From the NCBI GenBank assembly GCA_046497275.1, contig JAWOFX010000149.1, positions 1-24,088 of the forward strand: a DNA stretch of 24,088 nt, in the 5' to 3' direction. The notes under the pieces were generated by a model. The model saw only the letters and a program-made list of their open reading frames with translations. It was not told the DNA's origin and did no database searches. The DNA is from Promethearchaeia archaeon (GTDB lineage: Archaea; Asgardarchaeota; Lokiarchaeia; Sigyniarchaeales; SOKP01). Shown here piece by piece: positions 1 through 7,600 of this stretch (position 1 is its first letter; each line of letters opens with the position of its first letter). The translations under genes and the position numbers were made by a program.

Positions 1-2580
1 CCTGAGGAATTAGTATTTCATCTTTTTAATGATGGGAGTGGGAATTATACTATGCAATTAGATACTGGAGAGATGGAGGTAAAAGATGAAGATTATACTT
101 TCCTATTTAATGTTTCAGCTGTAGGGTATGATTTTAAAGAAATTAGATTAAATTTCACTGTTCTTATAGCACAAACAATGATTTCTAATGCTAATTTTTC
201 ACATCCTTTAAGCGTTGATTCGGGAGATAACCAAACACTAAACTTTTATCTCAACGACACAGATAATAATAAACCTGTAATAGGACTCACGACAAGTGAT
301 ATAATAGTAATTAATCGTTCTAGCGGACTAGAATGGAATGTAGGATTTAAATGGAGTCTTTATGAAGATGGAGGCGGATATTACAAATTAAATATTAGTA
401 TAAGTGGATTGAAGATTGGTTGGTATTATCTCAAAATAAATGCTTCCAATATCCCCAATTATAATTGGACGACGTACGATTTTGATTTTTATCTTATTGG
501 AAACGAAACTCAAATTAATTTGCACTATTTCTCTGATGCTGGAGGATTATTGCCACGAGAAGACCCTAATAATTACACATGTTTTATTGAAAGTGATTTA
601 TTTATTGAATTTAATATTACATTCGTAAATTATGAAGAATATGATACGGTAAATATTGATTCCACAGCAAATATCTCAATTGGTTATTTAAATTTAATCA
701 ATCCTAGTATTTTTGGATATTTAACAGACCATCCAACTCAACCTATAACTGGTAGTGGGATTTACACAGGATATGTTCGCACCTCGGATTTATCGGTGGG
801 GTTTTATAGCATGAATCTTACAATTGAATCAGATATTTATGAAATCGAGCCAATTTTCTTCAATTTAACTGTTAGGAGCAAATATCAAGTAAACATTTCA
901 ATATTAAGCCAACCTACAGAAGTTACTGCGGGAAATGAAATTTCAATCACCCTCAAAGTTCAATATAACAATGATAGCGAATGGATTTCATTAACTAATA
1001 GGCAAATTGCAATAACACCATATTTTGATGGTGAAGCTTCCAATATATTTTATAAAATCTCAGATGCTAATGGAGAAATTATTTTTACGGTAACTCCCGG
1101 AACGAATGTCAAAAATATGTCAATTCAAATAGAATTACCTGGAACCTATAATTACACAGCAGCATCTATAAATATTTCGAATATCAAGATTAATCCTGCC
1201 TTCTCAATAGAAGATATTTTACCTTATATTATAATAGGCATAATCGGACTCTTAGCTGTAGCTATATCAGTAATGGCATATCGAAAGGTAATAGTTCCTA
1301 AAAAGCAAGCAAAACAGAAGGTTCTTACTGAAGTAAAAACAATGTTCGAAGATGCGGTGAATTTAGAACATATCTTAGTGCTTTATAAGGGGAGTGGTAC
1401 TTGTGTCTTCTTCAGATCGTTTGGATCTGAAAAAATTGATCCTGATCTTATTAGTGGATTTATTTCAGCAGTATGTTCTTTTGGAAGAGAAGTAGAATCC
1501 CAGAAAGCTCTGAACGAGATTAAGTACGGAGATAAGATGCTCCTTTTAGCAGATGGGGAATATACAAGAGTTGCATTAGTTTTAAGCAAGAGTGCGTCTC
1601 TTATTTTACGGGAGCATTTAAAGAATTTCATCAATGATTTCGAACAGAAATATTCGGATGCATTACCTAAATGGCGCGGTCAACTCACCGTTTTTAAAGA
1701 TGCTAGTCATCTTGTCGATGAGAATTTTCATACATCAATAATACTTCCACATAAATTGCAATATGAGCTTTCAGATGTTAAAAAATTGAGAAACTCCCAA
1801 AGTAGAGGGATTTTATCACTTGCACAAGATGTGAAACAAGAAGCTGGGCGAGATTTCTTCTTTATATCGGCATTATTAGATAAAGCTATAAAGGAGACTA
1901 AAATGGGTGTCGCTGAAATCTTTATAGGCATAAAAGAATTAAGAGATAATGAGTTATTAGTTCCGATTGATATTTCGACTTTAGAAAAGAAACCAATCAC
2001 ACCTCAAGAACGATCCTCAATTGAAAGGAAATTAAGGGAGATTCCAGATATATCTGACGCAGAGCGGCAAAAGATAATTCAGGAATTAGAGGAAATGAAA
2101 CCAGAGGAACGAGAAGCCTATATAGCCAGCCTAAAGGAACGGGCAGAGATAATATCAGCTCCAGTTAAATCAAGAGTTGGAGAAAAAGTTATTGAGGATG
2201 AAAAACAGGCTAAACAAGAAATCAAATCAATTCTTAAAAAAGCAAAGAAAGAGCGAGGAGTTCATAGTTATGAAAAAGCTATAGAACTTTACAAGGATGC
2301 GGGAATAATTGCTAATAACTGGGATATGAATAAAATTCTAGACGAAATACAAGATTTCATTCGAATTACTCAAATTGATCAATATAGACTGGAGATGATG
2401 GGGTTTGAAAAAGACGCTCAGAAAGCTGCAAAAGTAGAAGATTTTGATAGAGCTTCAAAATTATACAAACGAGCATCAAAATTGGCTTCGGAAATCTTCA
2501 AATTAGGAGTAAATGAGATGCAAGACACCGTCAAAGACTTAACTAAAAAATCAAAGGAATATGAAAAATTAATCGAATAA
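1..2580 (+). CDS. 5'-truncated large single-pass membrane protein: repetitive beta-sandwich (Ig-like) glycosylated ectodomain, TM helix, cytoplasmic longin-like domain, winged-helix-like region, C-terminal TPR/MIT-like helical repeats
   Basis: Frame is open from base 1 (PEELVFHLFNDGSGNYT precedes the ATG at 52), so the true start lies upstream of the window. Hydrophobic segment ILPYIIIGIIGLLAVAISVMAY (nt 1216-1281) is followed by basic RKVIVPKKQAKQK. There are 20 N-x-S/T sequons before the TM and none after. LEHILVLYKGSGTCVFFRSFG...DPDLISGFISAVCSFGRE...EIKYGDKMLLLADGEYTRVALVL fits the longin-like beta-beta-alpha-beta-beta-beta-alpha-alpha pattern. Confidence 0.8.
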   Translation, partial: PEELVFHLFNDGSGNYTMQLDTGEMEVKDEDYTFLFNVSAVGYDFKEIRLNFTVLIAQTMISNANFSHPLSVDSGDNQTLNFYLNDTDNNKPVIGLTTSDIIVINRSSGLEWNVGFKWSLYEDGGGYYKLNISISGLKIGWYYLKINASNIPNYNWTTYDFDFYLIGNETQINLHYFSDAGGLLPREDPNNYTCFIESDLFIEFNITFVNYEEYDTVNIDSTANISIGYLNLINPSIFGYLTDHPTQPITGSGIYTGYVRTSDLSVGFYSMNLTIESDIYEIEPIFFNLTVRSKYQVNISILSQPTEVTAGNEISITLKVQYNNDSEWISLTNRQIAITPYFDGEASNIFYKISDANGEIIFTVTPGTNVKNMSIQIELPGTYNYTAASINISNIKINPAFSIEDILPYIIIGIIGLLAVAISVMAYRKVIVPKKQAKQKVLTEVKTMFEDAVNLEHILVLYKGSGTCVFFRSFGSEKIDPDLISGFISAVCSFGREVESQKALNEIKYGDKMLLLADGEYTRVALVLSKSASLILREHLKNFINDFEQKYSDALPKWRGQLTVFKDASHLVDENFHTSIILPHKLQYELSDVKKLRNSQSRGILSLAQDVKQEAGRDFFFISALLDKAIKETKMGVAEIFIGIKELRDNELLVPIDISTLEKKPITPQERSSIERKLREIPDISDAERQKIIQELEEMKPEEREAYIASLKERAEIISAPVKSRVGEKVIEDEKQAKQEIKSILKKAKKERGVHSYEKAIELYKDAGIIANNWDMNKILDEIQDFIRITQIDQYRLEMMGFEKDAQKAAKVEDFDRASKLYKRASKLASEIFKLGVNEMQDTVKDLTKKSKEYEKLIE

Positions 2581-2581
2581 A

Positions 2582-2589
2582 TTTTTTTT
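2582..2589 (+). terminator. Putative archaeal U-tract terminator of the membrane-protein gene
   Basis: T8 run immediately after the TAA at 2578-2580, with further T-rich runs, in a convergent intergenic region. Confidence 0.4.
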
Positions 2590-2694
2590 AATCTTATTTT
2601 TACTTTTAATTATTTATGAGTGTTGGAATAAGTGAAAATTGCTATCTATTTCTTTATTAAAGAATCTTTTACAAAGGACAGAAAATAAAGGAAA

Positions 2695-4026
2695 TTAGTC
2701 AGTAATACCATTTCCTGTGATACTGAATACTGCCTCTCCTTCTGGGAGATGAGGTGCGTCAACGATTTTTGCTACTCTTTGTTCTCCTTTCCCCTTTCTT
2801 AGATAAATACGGATCGTAGAACCATGAGCGATTATATTCCCACCAGCGGCTTGTAATGGATTGCCATAAAATACATCAGGTTTAGCTTGAACTTGATTTG
2901 TTACTACAATAGCTAAATCTGGGTAAATATCACATAATCGAAGTAAATCGTGCAGATGCTGATTAAGGATTTGTTGACGATTTGCGAGGGTCCCACGACC
3001 AATATATTCACTTCTAAAATGACCTATTAATGAATCAATTACAATGAGTTTTACATTTTTTTCTTTTATGATATTTACAGCTTCTTTAGCAAGTAAGATT
3101 TGGTGATCTGAATTATATGCTCGTCCAAACACTATATTTTTTAAAACCGTATTATAATCTAAATCAAGACCTTCTGCCATCTGAATTATTCTCTCAGGTC
3201 GAAAAGTACCTTCAGTGTCGATATAAAGAGCAGCACCTTCAATCCCTCCTTTTTCTTTAGGAAGTTGCACATTAACGCATAATTGATGCATTATTTGAGT
3301 TTTACCCGTACGAAATTCTCCAAAAAACTCAATCATTGACCCAGTTTCAACCCCTCCCGCAAGTAGATTATCTAATTCTTGACTTCCCGTAGTTATTCGT
3401 GCGATATTTTTCCGAGTTTCCCATAAAGTTTGGGCAGATTTAAACCCAACATTTAATTTCTTCATAGCTTGCTTTATGAGTTTCTCGGTCGTTTTATCTC
3501 CGAGTCCACTATCTTCTTTAATTATAGAAGGAGGAGTATATGCAATTGCTTCAAGACTATTAAAACCTGCTTTTATAAGTTTTCGTAGAGTCGCATCTCC
3601 TACTCCTGATAAATCCTTAACTTGTTCTATACATTCTTCCATGGTTCTATCATCCCCCCCATAAATTTCTATGTCTCCTTCATCATCTTCATCTTCGTCA
3701 TCGTCTTCCTCGTCATCGTCTTCCTCGTCTTCGAATTCCTCTTCCTCTCTCATTTCTTCAAAATCGTCATCTATCTCTTCATCATAATCTTCAAATTCTT
3801 CAAAATCTTCTCCATCCTCAATTTCATCATCTTCTAATTCTTCATTTGCTATTTCATTCTCTTTAGAATCTTCTTCTTCGTCAACTTGTGGAACTTGAGC
3901 ATATTTTAGATGGTCCTTATAGATTTGTCCTTTTACGTGATTTCGATCGCATTCTGGGCAATAATAAGGATCACCCATTTTAAAATCATCATTATTCATT
4001 TCTACTGCCTTAGCCAAATAAATCAC
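2695..4026 (-). CDS. radA: DNA repair and recombination protein RadA (Rad51/RadA family) with atypical N-terminal Cys2His2-like module and long acidic tract
   Basis: HhH domain ([27 protein letters not shown]), FxxA polymerisation motif (GFKSA), Walker [30 protein letters not shown], Walker [29 protein letters not shown]. The start codon is uncertain: GTG at 4026, or a downstream TTG/ATG. Confidence 0.97.
   Translation of the reverse strand: MIYLAKAVEMNNDDFKMGDPYYCPECDRNHVKGQIYKDHLKYAQVPQVDEEEDSKENEIANEELEDDEIEDGEDFEEFEDYDEEIDDDFEEMREEEEFEDEEDDDEEDDDEDEDDEGDIEIYGGDDRTMEECIEQVKDLSGVGDATLRKLIKAGFNSLEAIAYTPPSIIKEDSGLGDKTTEKLIKQAMKKLNVGFKSAQTLWETRKNIARITTGSQELDNLLAGGVETGSMIEFFGEFRTGKTQIMHQLCVNVQLPKEKGGIEGAALYIDTEGTFRPERIIQMAEGLDLDYNTVLKNIVFGRAYNSDHQILLAKEAVNIIKEKNVKLIVIDSLIGHFRSEYIGRGTLANRQQILNQHLHDLLRLCDIYPDLAIVVTNQVQAKPDVFYGNPLQAAGGNIIAHGSTIRIYLRKGKGEQRVAKIVDAPHLPEGEAVFSITGNGITD
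3695..3724. repeat. Exact 15-bp tandem duplication (tcgtcatcgtcttcc x2, partial third copy) inside the radA acidic tract
   Basis: Read directly at 3695-3709 and 3710-3724; encodes EEDDD twice on the minus strand. Confidence 0.85.
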
Positions 4027-4053
4027 TTAAAATTTAGTGTATTTTTTATACTT

Positions 4054-4071
4054 TAATCTTATATAAGATTA
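4054..4071 (-). promoter_or_regulatory. Probable radA TATA box (TTATATAA) embedded in a perfect 18-bp palindrome TAATCTTATATAAGATTA
   Basis: The palindrome is read directly. Its core (4059-4066) lies 33-40 nt upstream of the GTG at 4026, a plausible archaeal TATA position. Confidence 0.55.
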
Positions 4072-4164
4072 TAAAATTAGAGCGTTATTTTAAGGTAAAT
4101 AGAGTGGTAATTTTCAAATTTATTAAGTAATTAATAAAACCACAAATGAGAAAAAATGGTGTGT

Positions 4165-4527
4165 TTAAGAAATGCTTTTTAGCTGTTCTGCTACTTTCCG
4201 CATTTCAATGAAACATATATCCATACGCGCATCAATATTCAAACACACGGCTATTATTAAATCTGGTCCTGCATCCATCACCGCAAAATTGCCCTCGTCG
4301 CCTTGTAAAATACACACATCCAAAAGTCCTGATCTAAGCTCATTAAGAACCCTCTCAGCCACTGATAATATGGCAGCAGTCATCGCTGCAAGTTTAATTT
4401 CAGATATTCCTTCTTCCAATATGGAGTTTACAATTAATCCTTCTTGTGAAACTATTGCCGCAGATCGTACTCCATCAATATTATCTAAAAGACCTTGTAA
4501 TAGGTATTGAAATTGTTCTTCAGTCAT
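4165..4527 (-). CDS. Roadblock/LC7 (MglB/LAMTOR-like) domain protein
   Basis: 120 aa with IDGVRSAAIVSQEGLIVNS, LAAMTAAILSVAERVLNEL, ILQGDEGNFAVMDAGPDLIIAV and a C-terminal helix: the typical Roadblock alpha-beta-beta-alpha-beta-beta-beta-alpha pattern. Confidence 0.92.
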   Translation of the reverse strand: MTEEQFQYLLQGLLDNIDGVRSAAIVSQEGLIVNSILEEGISEIKLAAMTAAILSVAERVLNELRSGLLDVCILQGDEGNFAVMDAGPDLIIAVCLNIDARMDICFIEMRKVAEQLKSIS

Positions 4528-4720
4528 TTTTCGATAAAAAAAATATATTGATTAATTGTAATAATTTAATAATAATTATCTAATTTTAATGTGTGCTTTA
4601 TTAATTTAGTAAGATCTAATGATAATTAAAAATTATAAAGCGTAATTAATAAAAAGAAAATCAAATATATAGCTTAAAGAGTGAAATTAGTAGCATAAAT
4701 ATATATTAGGTGAAAAAAAA

Positions 4721-5956
4721 TTGAATATAGGGTTAAATCTTGAATATCATCCAAGATTAAAAGAAAGATTATTAACCAAAAATATAGAAAGAGTTAATCA
4801 GAATAAAGAGCATTGGCAAAAGCCATTTTTTACTGATACAAGCTCCTATTTGGATTTAGAGGAAATTAGAGAAATATCCTCGAAATTTATGAAGGAAGAG
4901 TTTAAAAATGTAATAGTTCTTGGAACAGGAGGTTCTATTCAAACATTTTTAGCATTAAGCCATTTATCGAAGAAACGAATTTTTCCCATAACGAGTTCAA
5001 GAGCTATTGAACTTAGAAATTGTCTAGAAAATACAAGTTCAAATGATTCTATCGTAATTCCCATTTCTAGGAGTGGAGAAACCTTGGATATAAATTCCAC
5101 AATAGGTTTCTTTATTGAAAAGGGATATAAATTCTTAGGTCTTTCATCGCGAGGGAAAATGAATGAATTGTTAAAAAAAGTATCCGCTCCAATTATGGAC
5201 GTACCTGATCTTTCTGGTCGATTTGCTGCCTCTATAACTAACGTGGCAATAGTTCCCGCTTACATCTCGGGTATTGATATTGACACTTTTTTAGAAGGAT
5301 TAAAACAAGGGTATGATGAATTTATGACTTTTCGCAACAATCTGAGTTTAGAATTGGCCAGTTTTATTTATCAATTATATATGAAAGGATATGAAGTGGT
5401 ATTTTCAATGCCATATTCAAAAAATCTTGAAGGAAGCATTGGATTATTCGTCCAAGAGATTTCAGAAAGTACTGGAAAAGAAGATAAAGGATTAATAGGG
5501 GCATATCAAGAATCTCCACTTAGTCAACATTCGGTTTTAGAGTATATATTGGGAGGGACTAAAGGTGCGGTTATCCCTGTAATTTTTACTTTAGAAAGTG
5601 AATTTGGAGATTTAACATTAAAATCTTCAATAGAATATATCAATGGAAAGTCTGCCCAAACGGTTATAAACTATCAAGCTGATGCAACTTTCCAGGCTAT
5701 GATTGATCAGGAAGTGCCATGTGCTAAAATAACGTTAAAAAATCCAAGTGAAAAAAATATCGGGAATTTGATTTCATTTATCCAATCAACAGTATATTAT
5801 TTATGCTTGCTTCTTGATGTAAATTGGTCAAACAATCCGAAAGTAAATATTGGGAAAAAAATCTGTAATAAGGCCCTGAAAGAAAATCTTTCTGAACAAA
5901 AAAGAAGGAAAAATCGTCAAGAATTAGCAGAAAAGAAATTTCACAGTTTTTATTAG
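4721..5956 (+). CDS. pgi: Glucose-6-phosphate isomerase (PGI superfamily, SIS fold)
   Basis: VLGTGGS, ISRSGET, SGRF, QEISESTGK (catalytic Glu), SQHS (catalytic His) and NPKVNIGK (catalytic Lys region). The TTG start is preceded by SD-like AGGTGA. Confidence 0.82.
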   Translation: MNIGLNLEYHPRLKERLLTKNIERVNQNKEHWQKPFFTDTSSYLDLEEIREISSKFMKEEFKNVIVLGTGGSIQTFLALSHLSKKRIFPITSSRAIELRNCLENTSSNDSIVIPISRSGETLDINSTIGFFIEKGYKFLGLSSRGKMNELLKKVSAPIMDVPDLSGRFAASITNVAIVPAYISGIDIDTFLEGLKQGYDEFMTFRNNLSLELASFIYQLYMKGYEVVFSMPYSKNLEGSIGLFVQEISESTGKEDKGLIGAYQESPLSQHSVLEYILGGTKGAVIPVIFTLESEFGDLTLKSSIEYINGKSAQTVINYQADATFQAMIDQEVPCAKITLKNPSEKNIGNLISFIQSTVYYLCLLLDVNWSNNPKVNIGKKICNKALKENLSEQKRRKNRQELAEKKFHSFY

Positions 5957-6007
5957 ATAAAATAATTAATCAAACTAGCGTAGGTTAGGATTCTTAAAAA
6001 AAGAGAT

Positions 6008-7429
6008 CTAAGCGATAAATGCATCATATAGGACATTTACAGCGTCTTTACAATCTTTTCTCTCAATAATAATAGTTATATTCAACTCTGAAGATCCTTG
6101 TGCTATTGCTCTCACATTTATTCCATTCTTCCCTAAAGTAGTGAAAACTCTTCCAGCAATTCCGGGAGTTTGCAACATACCAGCACCTATCACTGCGATT
6201 AATGAGATATCGTTATCAATTTTTATACTAAACCATTGTTTCCCAAACCAATCAGAATTTCGTAATAAAAAACTCACGGTCATTGAATCTTCTAAATCAA
6301 TTCCAAAGGTGATGTTATTTTCTGAAGAGCTTTGGGAAATAAATTTGATGTTTATATTATTATCACCTAATATATTAAACAATTTAGCAGCAGTCCCAGG
6401 AAGCGAAATCATCGTCCCGCTTTCAATAGTTACCATGGACAATCTATTTATTGATGCGATAGCCTTAATGACTTTATTTCCCACATTAACTTCTTTTGTG
6501 ATTGTTGTATAATCAGAGGCATTAGGGTTATTGAAAGGTCGAATTTCTGAAGGGATGTTTCTTTTTTCATTTACATCTAAACAAAGTGGATGTAAAACTT
6601 TAGAACCGAAAAATGCCAATTCTTTTGCTTCTAAATATGAAATATTTTTTAATAATGACGCTTTGCTGGAGATTTTAGGGTCGGCATTTAGAAAGCCCTC
6701 AACATCTTTCCAATAAATGACTTTACTGTTGAACTTAGGAGCCAAACAATACGCAATAACTGCAGCAGTTAAATCTGTACCCCCTCGACCGAGAGTTGTA
6801 ATTTTTTTATCTTTAGTCGATCCATAAAAACCAGTTACACACACTAAATCGCAATTATTTGAATTTATCAAAGGTTTTACCTTTTGATGTATTAATTCTT
6901 CCGATTCATCGAGTAATGGTAAAGCTCTTCCAAAATTATCATTAGTGAGTATAATTTCATCTGCTGAGATAAATTTTGATTTTATACCAATAGAGTTCAG
7001 ATATTTGGAAACTATTAAGGTACTTAATTTCTCTCCATATGAGATTATAAGATCTTGTATATCTAAGCTAGGACGTAATAATCGGACTACTCTTCCTAAT
7101 TGAGTCAGATCATTAATATTAGTCTCCAAAAAATTAAGTGTATCTTCATATTCAGGTTTTTCTTTTTCTATATTCTTATTTATGAATTTAAGATGAAGTT
7201 TTTTTATTTCTTCGATAATCGCTTTACATTCGGGTCCATCGCTGCAAGATTTATTATAAAACTCTATCAATTTATCGGTTATACCCTTAAATGCGGAAGT
7301 GACAATTATTAATTTTGTTTTTTTCAAATAATTCTTTAGAATCTTAGTTGTTTTCGAAAGTGATTTCGCATCTTGGAGACAAGAACCTCCAAATTTCATA
7401 ACTGTCAAATCGGTTTTATGTTCACTCAT
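6008..7429 (-). CDS. lysC: Aspartate kinase with two C-terminal ACT domains
   Basis: KFGGS, IISYGEKLS, TTLGRGGTDLTAA, WKDVEGFLNADP, SYLEAKELAFFGSKVLHP; ACT repeats ...PGTAAKLFNILGDNNINI and ...PGIAGRVFTTLGKNGINV. The start is placed at ATG 7429 (MSEHKTDLTVMKFGG) rather than 7498, because the extra 23 codons resemble AT-rich promoter DNA. Confidence 0.93.
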   Translation of the reverse strand: MSEHKTDLTVMKFGGSCLQDAKSLSKTTKILKNYLKKTKLIIVTSAFKGITDKLIEFYNKSCSDGPECKAIIEEIKKLHLKFINKNIEKEKPEYEDTLNFLETNINDLTQLGRVVRLLRPSLDIQDLIISYGEKLSTLIVSKYLNSIGIKSKFISADEIILTNDNFGRALPLLDESEELIHQKVKPLINSNNCDLVCVTGFYGSTKDKKITTLGRGGTDLTAAVIAYCLAPKFNSKVIYWKDVEGFLNADPKISSKASLLKNISYLEAKELAFFGSKVLHPLCLDVNEKRNIPSEIRPFNNPNASDYTTITKEVNVGNKVIKAIASINRLSMVTIESGTMISLPGTAAKLFNILGDNNINIKFISQSSSENNITFGIDLEDSMTVSFLLRNSDWFGKQWFSIKIDNDISLIAVIGAGMLQTPGIAGRVFTTLGKNGINVRAIAQGSSELNITIIIERKDCKDAVNVLYDAFIA

Positions 7430-7600
7430 TTTAATCAATGTAAATGGTAAAGTAATCTTGATATAGTAAAATAATTCAAAATTATAAGAGTTTATCATTT
7501 ATGTTTCTGAAAAATAGGATGTGATTGTTAAAGTGATTCCAAATATATTGAAATACCCTTTTTTAAAATCAAAATTAGAAAAATAAGGATATTAGAGTAT

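Noticed and set aside
440-2000. Short ORFs 440-628 (+), 1383-1634 (-), 1728-2000 (-)
   Set aside because: They overlap the large membrane-protein CDS in other frames or antisense and show no motifs; treated as shadow ORFs.
3476-4510. ORFs 3476-3664, 3622-3837 and 4172-4510 (+)
   Set aside because: Antisense to radA and Roadblock. The F/I/L-rich 71-aa ORF is simply the reverse complement of Glu/Asp codons.
6141-7312. ORFs 6141-6512, 6531-6716 and 7100-7312 (+)
   Set aside because: Antisense shadows of aspartate kinase.
7430-7498. 23-codon N-terminal extension of aspartate kinase in the ORF track
   Set aside because: Low-complexity AT-rich sequence; the family normally starts a few residues before KFGG, matching ATG 7429.
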